Source: Amoebophrya sp. A120
Lineage: Eukaryota > Protista > Dinoflagellata
NCBI GenBank assembly: GCA_905178155.1
Contig: CAJINV010000008.1
Coordinates: 2,591,896-2,655,895, forward strand
Direction of reading: 5' to 3'
DNA: 64,000 bases
Position numbers and translations under genes: made by a program
Shown: in pieces, positions 40,859 through 53,643 of the stretch
Layout: the number at the start of each line of letters is the position of its first letter
Numbering within the stretch: position 1 is the first letter of the stretch
The notes under the pieces: model-generated
The model's database searches: none
Told to the model about the DNA's origin: nothing
What the model saw: only the letters and a program-made list of their open reading frames with translations

Positions 40859-41828
40859 GTCGCTGCAAGAACCGTGGAGGTGAAACCTTCTGGAAGGCCC
40901 AGAACTTTGCTTTCCACTTCAACCGCTGGTCTTATTTCTAGGAAAAGATAGCTCCAGCAGAACCAAAGGTCCTCGCATCTTCATCTTCAATCACGCGCAG
41001 CTGCGGGCGCGCTGCTACTGGTGCATGCACTGGAACGACCAGGCAAAGACGGACCGTTCCGAGCATTATATTTTGCAGAGGCCGTCGTCACACCATCTTG
41101 GTTTGTTCACCTTATACATAGTTATAGCTGCGGCGCTACTACGAGATGGGTACTTCCGCGATCCGCGATTTGTGTTTGTTTCCCCGAGTACATTCACTCA
41201 AAAGAAGGTTGATATTATCGGACGACCATGCATAGAGCAAAACGATTTTGGATGATCAAGCATGGGAAGGGGCGTCAACCGAAAGTTGTTGCAAACAACT
41301 TCTTTGGACAGACCGAATAGCAGCTACCAGGATTCGTGAGCGGGTACATCAATCACCTTCTTCTTCTTGCTTCAATGAATACATACTCCTGCAGCCGCGT
41401 TATTTACGTTACGGGACCACAGGGAGCGGAGAACAACACAGACATGAACAGGCTCCTTTTGATTGCAGCACACCTCAGTTACCAGTGCGAACCGCTCGTC
41501 GTACTGGTGCTGCGCAGGCCGCGGGTAACGCTACTACAAGGGTCGTCTTTCCCCATACGTAACAAACGTCGTGAAAGAACTCTTGATGCTTTTTACTAAC
41601 TTACTTCGCACACTCAACATGTCGTAGTCGCTTGTCGCTGGACATATGATCATCCGTTTTTATAACCGTACTTAGTGATTTCAAATCACATGAATTGAAA
41701 GTACAGATCATAAAACTTGATGCAACTCGACCGCACAGCGAGTAGCGGTGCTTCAGGATGAATCAAAAAGAAATATTCGAACGAGCAGCTACGAAAGCCT
41801 CGACTTTCCGACTGGTGCTTCTGGTGGC

Positions 41829-44528
41829 CTAATCATCGTCATCGGACTCCCGACTCATGTCTCCCCCGCTTCCCGGCACCACCCACAGCCCCCCGTCGAT
41901 GCACTTCCTGAGGTACCTCTGCGCATCGTCGGAGGGGAGGGACATAAACGCTTTCTGCAGCTTCTCCGCGTCTTTTTCCAGAAACGCGTCCTGCAGCACC
42001 GTCGGCAGCGAGTCGAACACCTCCTGCGCGTCTAGGCCTCCGGGGCCTATTTGCTTTTCATCTGGAGGAACAGCGCCCCCGTCTTCCTCCAGTTGTGTGG
42101 CTGGAGCAGCAGGAGCACTGAGTCGCTCAGAACCAGTTCGTGTTGTACTAGCGTTTCTGCTCGTGCCGTCCTTTGTTGATACTTTTTGTTCGGTCGTACC
42201 AGAACTTGACGTGAGGTCGTTGCTTCCGACTACCACACCTCTTTGCCCCGCCGCTCTCTCTTCCTCCTCGATTTCCTTGATTTTTTCCACCGCTCGCTTC
42301 TCGATCCGGGACACAAACTGCGAAGTCGTCTGAAAAGGAAAACTCGCCCCTTCGTCCCATATCAAAGCGACGTCTTTGATTCTGGATTTGCGTTGTACAG
42401 AAAAAGTCTAGAACTGTCTTGCAATAGAGGGCTGCACCCGCAGGCACCGACATACTGATCCTGAATATAAAGAGGATTTGACATCGGCGCTTAGCATAGC
42501 AAACGCCTACACCGTAGGCCCAACAGCATCACAACCCGCCTACATAATGCGGCGGAGCCTGTGGCGTTGCCTTACTGCAAGACCGAGTCGATTTGTGGTC
42601 ACAACTCAACAGCATTGCAAATTTTCTGTGGCGTGCCTTTTCGATATGGCGAGAGATGAAGGGATTTCTCCTTACGATAAACCGCCTGCTCGAACGACTG
42701 TTTCAGCTCCTGGTGCTCCCGTTCCTCCGTCTTGTCCGCGGTCACGGTAGAGAACGCGACCACCAACTTTTCGTACATGCTCTCCACCGCCTTTTTGTTC
42801 ACAATAACGGCTGCGTTGGCTGTTGAAGCACCGGCTTCTTGCGACATCAAATTGGTCCCGGGGTCCCCGGTCTGGATCATTTTGCTGAGCGTCAGGGCCT
42901 GCGCGATCAGCTGCGCCACGATGGCCATTCCGTGCACATATTCCTTCGGCTTTTTCTCAATCTCGAGCTCCAGCACGCGGAACATCAGAAAGGTCTCCGC
43001 GTCGGAAGAGAGCAGCACCTCGGGGTGTTCGAGAATCACCTTCACCGACTTCTCCACCAACTGCTTCTGCTTCGACGCGGCGGTAAGCTTACTCCTAGCG
43101 GGCTTGGAGGACGAGAAGGTGTTCTTTGCAGAAGCAGGAGGTACTGATCCACCTTCAGTTGATTCTGCATCCGGAAGAGCACTTGTTGACGGCGTTGCTG
43201 ATGCTGTTGAGCAGTGGTCTTTGGTCGTCCCGCTCACAGTATGATCCTCCTCATCGAACAGATCGTCGCAAATTCTACAGAGCTTCTCCAGCAAGTCGTT
43301 GTTCGTTTTCGCGTACTCGACAAATTTCTCCGTGTCGACGTTGTCGTCGACCTTCGGCGCGTTCGCCGTCTTGCTACTAATCACGCTCTTGGAGTAAATC
43401 TGAAGGGTTTTTCTTGGATTTAATATCTTGTCCGAATCTAGATCGCTTTATTTAGGCTGTCAGAAACACCCGTCCGGCGCGAAACTGTCGAAAGCGCAGG
43501 GACAACCAAAAAAAACACGGAAAAGTCAAAGTCGCAAGTCGTCCGCTGCGGTCAATGTTACAGACTCAAACTCCTGATTTGATTTGATTTGGTTCTCTTG
43601 AACTTGAAGGGAAAATGAATACTTACAACATACCTCCGTGCTCATCTTCTCCGCGTTCACCCGTCTGCTGGTGACTCGTTCCAGCTTTGCCAGTTCCTTT
43701 TCCTCCGCCTCCAGCTGCTTCTGCATATTCTGCCCCTTCAGGTGGTTTCTCCCCGCAGCACCTAGCTGCCGCAGTTCCTTCCGAAGCCGCTCGACGCTTG
43801 CGTATCCATTGCAAATATGATTATTTCTGGGTACGGGAAGAAGTAATATTGCATCAAATTTTTTGTGAACAGATGTTGCTGACGCTTCCGCACGCAAATG
43901 CAAAAATCGGCTTTACATGGGCTGCGCCAAAAGCGGTCGATTCCTTGCTAGGTAAATAGCTGACTTCGCATGCAAAACAGGTATCAGGAGGCCTGAGCAA
44001 AACTTGTAAAGTAAATGCTTTAATTTTTTCGATGCATTCCGGACGACCGCCTGGTTGTGAACGTGATCCAAAAGATGCATCACAAATTTCCACATCCTTT
44101 TCCTTCCAGACCCAGACATATATATTTGTCTTGCATATGGCGCGGAGCTCACTAATTCTCTTCTCCTCCTCCGCATCCCGCTGGCTACGCTTCGCTTTCG
44201 TGTACTTTTTCTGTAGTGGAGGTTTTGGATTCACATGGATTCTACTTATTCGGTTTCTATGTGGTCCTGTGCATTGAAATCCAACTGACTGTGCCGTGGT
44301 CGTAGTGCATTGAAAAACATGAGAGAGTCCTCAGTTGGGCTCGGGCGCCTACTTTATGTTGCATGACAAAGGAAATTAATATTAAAGAGAAACTGAAACA
44401 TGATGAAGAGCAAGGGTCAAACGAAAAAATACAAAGGAGTCCTTGTCGATGCAATGGGGCAGGTCCTCCGCTTCGTCGTCCGAGCACTCAATGTGATCCC
44501 ATTTGGAATAATCAGCAAGCCGTGCCAT
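41829..44528 (-). CDS. CDC37: Hsp90 co-chaperone Cdc37
   Basis: N-terminus MARLADYSKWDHIECSDDE...PHCIDKDSF; C-terminus GPGGLDAQEVFDSLP...YLRKCIDGGLWV; 2 introners and 2 GT-AG introns. Confidence 0.9.
42329..42679. mobile_element. Introner, family B, degenerate
   Basis: TCTGAAAAGGAAAACTCGCCCC...CCCATATC / TTTTCGATATGG...GGGATTTCTCCTTACGATA; interior resembles the 28484 copy; TSD AGTCG/AACCG; join EQAVSQFVSRIEKR. Confidence 0.85.
43803..44137. mobile_element. Introner, family A-like
   Basis: TATCCATTGCAAATATG...TCTGGGTACGGGAAG / CTTCCAGACCCAGACATATATATTTGTCTTGCATA; TSD TTGCG/TGGCG; join ELRASVERLRKE. Confidence 0.85.
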
Positions 44529-45944
44529 TTTTCTTCAGGTTCACCAGGACCCGCGTGATGGTATCCTCAGCAAGTAGAAGAGAACTGGGCCGTACAAATT
44601 TTTAAACCTACTTCTGTTCTCGGTCGCGGCAGTGGAATTGGATATAGTACTTACTCGTAGGGACGGCGCAGAGAGGAGTCGCAAATTCCGACTCCAAAAC
44701 TTAACGCAGCGCCGGCTCAAGAAGCTGCCATCACACACTCACTGGGCAATCAGAAACTCGTCTTCTACGAAAATTTCTACTTCTACTTTCCTTCACATTG
44801 ATATTACAAGTCTACATGTACATATCACAATGTACTTACAACAATGACTGATCAAGCGTTTTTCAAGTTTGTTCTTTTTGTTTTTTCTACTAAGAATCCG
44901 TGCAAGAAGTCAACCTCGACACGCACGCGAGCGCCCTGGTTGCTAGATTAGGACCTAGTTGCGTACATCCCCGCTCGTGCTGCGCCCTCATCGGAATCAT
45001 ACAACAATAAATTAGGTACTCAGAAGATTACTTAGTGTAGTGACTGCCTTGCTCTAAGCGTAAAGTGGTATCGCATGTCAGCTGTCGCATGTGAGCTGCT
45101 GGTCTCCCCTTACGTTGAGCACGACAGTTTGTGAGAAGAACTGCCTGAATGGCTCAACATCAGTACTACTAGGTTCCAGAAGTTTGATTTTCATTTTTGT
45201 TCTGGAGCTGGACATAAGTACTTACATTATCAATTTTCCAGCTTCGATTGGCAATGGATGCATCTGCATTCGCATTGGTTAGTCACCGGACATTAAATTT
45301 TGTCTTCAAACGTTTTCGGCATCGGAATGTCTGGATCATGATCATGATCATCATCATCTTTTTTGATCATTCATCAGGTTCTCTTGAGATGAAGCCGGAG
45401 TTAGTAATATCGCATGCACATTCTATTTCTTTACTCACACAAAAGGTGCTCCGTCCTCGCCCCCTTGAACCATAATGGAAAATCGTGTCCGTGTCCTCGC
45501 TCGTGGTTTGCACTGTCCACCCTGCAAACAAAGTGATATGCGAGTTGCGGGCGAACACTCTTCATGCCGAAAAGCTGGCAGCTCGGCGATGAGTTAACTT
45601 CATCTCCGTTGTTTTTTGAATAATTTCTGTGCCGGTGATTGTATGAGATTTCGAATGTAGTTTCGAAATTATTCCTTCTGCTCATACAGACACTGACTCC
45701 TGTTTCCGCCCCCTGTCAAGAATCGTTTACTACATCAAAGCACCACCAGCAAAAGCGAACTTTTAACAAGTGCGTGCCGCCACCATGAACATAGTGCCGC
45801 GAACTTTTACTTTTTGGTCATCTGCGAAGTGCCGCATCATACGTAGAAGTCACGTAAGAACACATTACTTGCTACAACAACCTAAGTACTTACTGCAATC
45901 AGCGCCGCCGGGGCCAGTCTGCAAAATGGTTAAAGCGACGATCT

Positions 45945-48900
45945 TCACGCGTTATCGCTTTCCGCATCGTCCTCATCGGTCTCGTCGTTGTCATCGATGG
46001 CGCCGTGTATGAGTTCGTAGATTCCGTGCTGCACCATATCCTCCAAATTTGCCAGCTCCCGCTTTTTATTTGAGTTATCGTAGGACTGTACATAGTTCAT
46101 CTCATTTGCCCGCTTGTCGTGCGAGGCATCGACCCGCTTGATCAACAGTTCCTCGATCTCCTTCCGCAAAAAGCGTATCAGCAAAACCGTTTCGGGGTCC
46201 GAGCAGTCAAATTTGCAAAGACAGTGTTGCCCAAGAACCAAACTGTTCCCCAGATAGGTCATAATGGTGTCGTTCTTTCTCTTTTTGCTGCTTGTTCTCG
46301 ACGTCGTTGCACTCAAGACGGTGGAAGAACCTGGAGGTACAGCTGCACCTCCACCAGCGGTAAGGGACGTCAGCCTGACCGGTTCTTTCTCCCTCTTCAC
46401 GGTGGCGCGCAGTTTCGCGCTGCCGAAGAGCAGCAGTATCGTGGACGTGACGCAGCTCGTGTCGAAAAGGTACAGCTTCGAGGTGTGCATCATTTTGTAG
46501 TACAGCAGCCAACTATGGTTCGCGTCCAGCCGGTCAGCCTGCCGGTTGAAAGACGATGGGTGAATGGTTGCGGTACAGGCATTGGTGTTGTTCTTGTTCT
46601 GCTGCTCTTGTTGATCCCCTGCATTGATGATGTTTTTGCTATTTAATGGATGAACTCCACCTGCTGCATGATGACCCAATTTCTGCTGCTCCACGAGTTC
46701 GATCGGAACGATGGCCATTTCCGTCCGCATGTGACTGCTCTTCCCGCCGCGCCTGGCCCCGCCAAACTTGGAGTCGCGCTGCACTTGGGCCACCTGCGGA
46801 AAGAACGCCGCCGTCACCGCACACAGCGTCATCAAGCTGGCAAACTCCGCTTCCTTTCCCGCCTGCGCAATCTGTTTCGGCGCGGACCCACGGTTTTCCA
46901 GGCGCCGTGCGTCGGGAAGGGTGTCGCTGAACCCGATGTCCTTCAATTTTCCGGTTAAGGTGTTCCGCAGATTCCAGATGTCATTTAACACGTTCGGGTT
47001 CAGTCCGTAGTGGTGACAAAAGTTACCGCATCCTGAGCAAAAATGATCCTGATCCCCCCTCCCCATAGAGTAGACATGGTAAGTACTCAAGAGATATACC
47101 TGTGGCGCTCCTCTGTGGGCGCAGACAGAGATCGACTCGGTTTTTTTCAGGGAAGCGATAGCAAAAATCCCACAAGTCTCCCACCCAACGCCTTACGCAG
47201 GCGATTTCTCATGCTACGCGTTGGGGCTACAGCAAAGACGTCGTAAAGAACAGCTACGACTACACTCAACGGGCCCTACTAGGCTAGCATGCTGGGCATC
47301 TTGTTCTAGCTGCAGCCCCTCAACACTGCAAGACAACAATAAAACTGATCTGTGTAGAACTTACGCAAGAACTCCAGCATCACCATCACCAGAACCTTTG
47401 TTTTCTTTCGAAAAGTGAAGGGGTTTCAGTTTATTTTTCCATTTTGATATAGCAGCCTCCGAATACCCGTGCTCCTCGTACCTTTCCACCCATTCGTCGT
47501 ACGCCCGACACAGCGCCAGGTGGTCGGAGTTTTCTCCGGTCTTTCGGAACCCGAACAACTGGCCCTGGAGGTCCTCGATGTTTTTTTCCTGCGGCATCCA
47601 CAACTTGCGAAACGGGGTCTTCCCGAGACTCAAACTCGCAGCTAAGGTGAGCCCGTTGCTCGATGCACCCAAAATGCAAGCCATCAGCAGCAACTTCCCG
47701 ATTTGCGGCTCCAAAGGCAGATCCTGCAGGTGGAACCCCAGCGGGGACAAAAAGAGTAAGTCCGGGGCGGCTAGTACGCCCCCGGTCGTGGGGCTGCTTG
47801 TTGATGGCGGTGCAGCTCCTGTTGGCTTGCCCTTGTCGTTCTTTGATGTCCCGTAGGAGGTTTTCAAAACATCACTCCTGTCAACATTTATTTTTGGAAC
47901 GATTTCTTTTCTGTCGTTTTCGATCACGTCGAGGGCGCCAAGCTGAATGAGTCGACTCTGCGCCGCCTGCACGGCCTCATGCTCGGGCGGCTCCGGCGCG
48001 TTTTGAAGAAAGCTCGGAATGTCATCGACCGTGAAATCGTATTCCTGGCTGACAAACCGCTCCTCTGCTCGTCGTGAATCCTCTTCGTTGTGCAGCTGAT
48101 GCCCCCGGGCCGCAGCAGCAGCCTGAGGAGCTCGTCCTGGTGCAGAATTTGATGTTTTTATTGCGCCAGTAGAAGTTCTTGGACTAGTACTTGATCCCAG
48201 CGGCGGCAGCAACTGCGCCAGGTGCAGCACCAAGTCCTCGAGCTGTGTGCGCTGCATCTCCGGCAACGAGTGCGGGGGCAGCTTCTCGTCGTGGAACTTT
48301 TCGTCGTACAGCCGCCAGTTCCGCCCGGGACACACGCGCCCGGCGCGCCCGCCGCGCTGCTTGGCCATGGCCTGGGACACGTACACGCAGGTCAGCGACT
48401 TCATCTGCTTCGCGTGCTCGTACCGGGCCTCGTTCAGCATGCCGGTGTCAATCACGTCCGTTACGTCCGCCACCGTGATGCTCGTCTCCGCAATGTTCGT
48501 CGCGACAATCAACTATGCAGTACAACAACATATTATGTCTGGTGTTCTGGATGAAAGCACGGAACTTGTTGTGTTGCAGCTTTTTGCATGCCAGAGCGTA
48601 GTTGTTTCGTTGCACGGCAGTAGAGCATAACAATTTTTAGTTTTTCTGGTCACCTTAAAAATATGCTGCGGATTTATTCGCAAATGGCATGAGAGACTCC
48701 CTCCCAGGACGACAAAGAGAAAGAACAAAAAGCGACCTGATACTCTTCATACAATACAACTTCTTTTTCTTTATCCTTAAAACGCCGCATGATAAATCCA
48801 GACCACGACAGACATCTTTTCCACACATATCACACGAATGGCAGGCTGCGGGTCACTTGGGCTCGCGGTGTCGAAGACGTATCTCTGCTTCCGAGGTTCC

Positions 48901-51900
48901 ACTTGCGCGTGCAACGGAAGAAACTGCAACCCACCGTACTGCTATGCAAGAAAAAAACTGTGTAATGTATAATGCAAAGGATGCGAAAAACAACACAGTT
49001 ATACTTTTCTTTCATGCTGGCCAGCCATGATGTCCGCTCTACTTCATACGTGTTTTATTCCTTTTCACGTACTAACTATGCATGGCAGGCTTTCTGTGTT
49101 AACATCATGCAAAGCAAATTTATTGTCATGCTGTCACTCCAAGTAGAAGACACGACCTACACTAAACACAGTTTTTTTCTTGGATAACTGCAGCTGGTGG
49201 GGGGTTACCTTGCCGGAGCTCCCGGCCCTCGTCCCGGACACCTCATCGGCCAGCCGCGCCACGGTTCGGCCCCGGTCGCAGGGCTTCTGCAGGTGTCGCA
49301 GCGTCCTGCAGTCGGTTAGCTCTCGGACCAAGAAGTCGATTTCGAACGCGCCAGGCGCAAAGATCAGAATCCCGGGCCGCTGAATCTGGTCGCGCGTCAC
49401 CAAGCTGCGGTTTTCCAGCTGATTCCTGTAGTTTTCAGCCAGCGCCTCGATAATATCCGCGATTTGCGCCGCCATCTCCGCAGTGACAGCGCCGCCGTCT
49501 TTCCGATTGCCACTCTTCTGCACCTCGGGCGAAAGCTTCGGCCGGGGAAAGGGCTGAAAGTTATTTTTACCATTTGTTCCACCTGGCTGCTTAAGCGGGT
49601 TCTGGAACACGGATGTTGCAGCTCCGTGACTATTTCGCGACAGCGCCGGATTCGTCTGGCAGTCCCGGCACTCCTGCGCTACCCGACCGATTTCTCGCTG
49701 CCAAATCGTCTGCACGGGAAACGTACGTCCCTCGATCGACACGGTGGCCATCTTCTTGCTCGTCATCCGAAGGGGGGCAGTAGAGGAGCCTCCTGTGCTG
49801 TTCACCAGTTGTACCGAGAAATCATTGTGAGGCTGGAAAGACGAACTGAAGTAGTCCTCAAACAATTTGGTGTCCACCGTGGCGGACATGAGGATCACTT
49901 TGATCTTTTTGTTCTTCACTAAGATGACCTTGCGCAGCAGCGTGAGCAAAAAATCGATGTGCAGACTGCGCTCGTGGACCTCGTCAATGATCAAGTGGGA
50001 GACGTCGTGCAGGAAGGGCGAGCTCGTCAGTTTCTGCAGCACCACGCCCGTGGTGCAGAACAGCACCCGGGTCTTCCGCGGGTGGCACTTGGAGTCGCCC
50101 CGGACTGCGTACCCCACGGTCTCGCCGCACTGCTCCCCCCGCTCCGCGGCCGCGCGGTCGGCCACGCCCATCGCGGCGATCCGCCGCGGCTGGCAGCAAA
50201 TGACGTTCAGCGGCGGGGTAGAACCCAGGTCGTCCTGCTCCTTCAGCTGTTCGCAAAAGTCCTCCAGAACGAATTGCGGCACCTGGGTCGTCTTTCCGCT
50301 CCCCGTCGCGCCCGCCACCAGCACAACACGCGAGCACGGGCTAGTACTTGCCGAACTTTGATGTCTTTGGCCGTCGCGCGCAGATTGTTGTTCATGAACA
50401 TCTTCTGCCAGTCCACGACTATCGGACGCGTTTATGGCCGCCATGATCTCCTGCCTCTTCAGATGCGCGGGGAGGGTTTGCGTCTCCTCGAACCGTCGGC
50501 GCACCCTTTTGGCTTCCTCGTGCCGATACAGTAGCTCCTCGTTGATCCACTTGAACTTCTCGTAGTTTCGGTTGTACAGGTCTGGTTCATCACCGCCTTC
50601 CTCGTAGTTGTTGCCGCTGTGCGGCGCCCAGTCTTGGCCGAATCCGTGCTCGAAGTTGCCGTGGCGCCGTAAATTCGCGCGCAGCTTCTCGTCCCGCTTT
50701 CGCAACTTGTCCACTTCGGTCTCTATCGGCCCGTCGTCCTCCTCCTCGTCTGAAGAGTTGTTCTCCAGTAGATCCTATCAAATGCAAATAAATATGTCTG
50801 CGCCTGGAAGAGTCAGTGTACTATGTCAGGCTAGGTCCTCCTCTAGGTGACACTGAAATCCGCATCGCGTGAGCAGCGAGAAAAACTACCCACTTCAGGG
50901 CGCCCGAGGATGTCACTTCTCACGCTGGATAGGCGTTGAGGAGCCTCCTCAAAACTACTACTTGTGAGTGATGCTACAGCTCGCTATTCAACAGATGACC
51001 CTCTGGGCCATGAAAAACCTGAGTGAGAAATCTTGCAACATTTTTCCGGACCGCCCAGACATCAACATATTTGCAATTGATAGATCCGATGACGGCGGTG
51101 CTGTAGATGGTGTCGCGTTAAAAACGTCGTGGTTTTTACCAGGAGGCGAGGCCGTAGTGCTTGTACTTGTGGTCGCTGTTTTAATATTCTGTGTCGCTCC
51201 TGCCTTCAGTTCTTGCTTCGTGAGCCCGGGTTTCGTACCGCTCAAACCAGGCCCACTCGTCTTGGCAACAGAATGAAAAACGATCGCAGAATCGTCGGGC
51301 ACCTGCATTAACCCGTCGTCGGTCAACAGCACACTGTTGTCGCTCAAATAACGATATCAAATTTGCAAAAAATATCTGGCGCCGGGTCTAAATGATGGTG
51401 CAGTGGTAAAACCAGCATCATGTGTGCAGTAGTGCAACCAAACTTCAACTCGTTCACATTACAGTCACTGTTACAGAATCAGAAACAAATAGAAATACGA
51501 AAATAACCTTGCAGCACGCATCACTGAAAAAATGCAGAAAGATGACACAGGAGACCGGAGCTTTGCATCCATATCAAAATCAACCCTCGCAGAGTCAATC
51601 GATATTTAGAGGGAAGGGATGCAATGATCATACAGACAGCACACAGAAGAAGATAATTACACAATCTTCGCAGATATCAATTTGCAGTGGATATCGGAAA
51701 CAACGTTTTGACCCGAACCGAGAATTTTTTTCGTGCTGCTTCCGCCAACGCCTGAACCCCGTCGGACCGCTTCCATACCACGGTCTTGACTCCCACGGCC
51801 GCCGCGGCTTTCAGTGTTCGGTCGCCCGTGCTGCAGCTCAGGCGTAACCGCACGGCCTCTTGCAAGCGCTGATAAATCACGCCCCCGTCCGTCGTGCCAC

Positions 51901-52534
51901 TGAGAATCTGGGTAGTTGTGCCAAGGTTTACTACTGGTCTACTTGAGGTGGAAGAGGAGGAGCCCAACGCCGTGTTCTTGCCTGTGACTTGTCGTTCCCC
52001 TGTAGTTGTACTAGCTAAGCCGGCCAAGGCTCCTGGGGGTGGCTGTATCGGTTCTCGGGTGATCAACTGGCTCCCCGCCCACTTTTCCGCGTCTCGGTAC
52101 AACTGCCGCATCAGCCGTCGGTTGGCCCGCTCCTCCTCCTTTTGCTTGGCCTTGGCTTCCTGTTTCGACATGCGCCCGTTTCTACAATCGTCTCCCTCCA
52201 GCATGTCCAGTAACGAGTTCGAGGAGCTCGAGGCGGTCGCAATGGCTGCACTAGGCTGTGCCTGTGGCTGCGACTGTGGCAGCCCCCCCTTCTGCTTCTT
52301 TCGTTTTTCCCCGGAGGGCATCGGCTCGCCCCGCGCTCGCATGCATCTCTTGATCAGGTTCAGAATCAGAGCCCGCTTCGTATCATCCAGAACGACCTTG
52401 CTGGGCCGCACTGTCCGCGGGGGCCGCTGGTTCTGGCTCCGGGAAGACGTCGTCGGACCATTGGCGGAAGAACTCGACGCCCCAGCCCCTCCTCCGGAGG
52501 CCTTTTTGTTCTTTTTGCCCGCTTTATTGGTCAT
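45945..52534 (-). CDS. DEAH-box RNA helicase (DHX29/36/57-like) with 5 introners
   Basis: GATGSGKTTQVPQF, CCQPRRIAA, IIDEVHER, LMSAT, LIFAPG, LPLHAQ, IVATNIAETSIT, QRGGRAGR, HA2 region LPLEPQIGKLLL, SDHLAL, IHPSSFN. Confidence 0.92.
47029..47449. mobile_element. Degenerate family-B-like introner
   Basis: CATCCTGAGCAAAAATG...CCCCCCTCCCCATAG / TTATTTTTCCATTTTGATA; TSD TACCG/TAGCA; join SEAANFCHHYGL. Confidence 0.7.
48514..48829. mobile_element. Introner, family A-like
   Basis: TATGCAG...TATGTCTGG / CCAGACCACGACAGACATCTTTTCCACACATA; TSD TCAAC/TCACA; join AIRVIVATNIAE. Confidence 0.8.
48943..49186. mobile_element. Introner, family C (distinct TIR)
   Basis: TATGCAAGAAAAAAACTGTGT / ACACAGTTTTTTTCTTGGATA; TSD ACTGC; join HQLQYGGLQFLPLH. 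Confidence 0.9.
50776..51082. mobile_element. Introner, family A-like
   Basis: TATCAAATGCAAATAAATATGTCTG / CCAGACATCAACATATTTGCAATTGATA; TSD GATCC; join PSSDLLENNSSD. Confidence 0.88.
51355..51693. mobile_element. Degenerate introner, family A-like
   Basis: TATCAAATTTGCAAAAAATATCTG / CAGATATCAATTTGCAGTGGATA; TSD decayed (AACGA/TCGGA); join LFPNLSDNSV. Confidence 0.75.
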
Positions 52535-53643
52535 GCTGTTTAATTCGAAGGGCCGTCGTGATATTAGAATGTGAATGAATAAACAAGGTGTTTAAAAATA
52601 AACTTGTTCTGTCTGCGAGGTGGGAACAAATGCATTCTTGATAGAAAAGCATGTGTGTGTAGAAATGTCAACAAAAGCGGCTGAAAAGGAGAGTGAGAAT
52701 GAGAAAAACGGATACTTACTAAAAAAAAACTCTACTTCTTGTCCAACACGAAACCACTGCCAGAGGACATCTACCTAAGTAAACACATGGAATAGGAACT
52801 GCGAGATATGCTGCTAATCGCGCTTTAGAGATGCACGGTTTCGGACAACGCCGCATTAAGTACCCGCATTCACATGATGTGTAGAACATGGTAGTGCGCG
52901 AGTCAGCCCGCCAACCTCAAGTGTCTGACTACAAGTGAAACATCTGTACCGACGCTTGAATTTCAAAAATAGCGGACCTGATGGACAAGATCAACACCTT
53001 CCACCCACGTTCTTGAGTGTTGATCTCTAGGAGGTGACTTCTTCCGGACCTATGCGATGCTGTGCCGTTCGAACTGCAGCAGGCCATGCAGAATTAGCAT
53101 GCATGAAGGACGCAATGAAATAAGTTGTAGAGCCAAATAAGTAAGTAAATAGGACATCATGCTGCAGTGACGATCACGATGATCTGCATTTTTACGCTTT
53201 GACATGAGGCCAGAACGACGCATGATGCAGAAGGAGAGGTTATTTTTCTGGCACTGAGGTCAATCACCACAAACCTCGAGATTCCATTCGATAATTGATG
53301 TCGCTGATTGATTCATTTTTATGGATGCGCGGGGGCGTGACGTTCTCTATTTCCGGCGTCGAAGTCGCCAACACTACATACTATGTCGCGTACTTCTGCA
53401 TTTCGACTCAGACGTCCAAAGGGTCGCCAGTGCGAAGCAGCTACTATCAACTCGCATGTATGTAGTCAGTTAACACCTGTAGATGTAGTAGACTCCAGCA
53501 AGCAGCGTCGTCCGACTCCTGAAGAGTGCGCCGTCGCTTCGCGAAGGCGAGATGAAAACGAGTGTCGCTTTGTCGGCGTACAAGAAATTCCACAACAGCA
53601 CCGTCGGAAAAGACGTGGCACAGTACATGTGGAACACTTCTGT

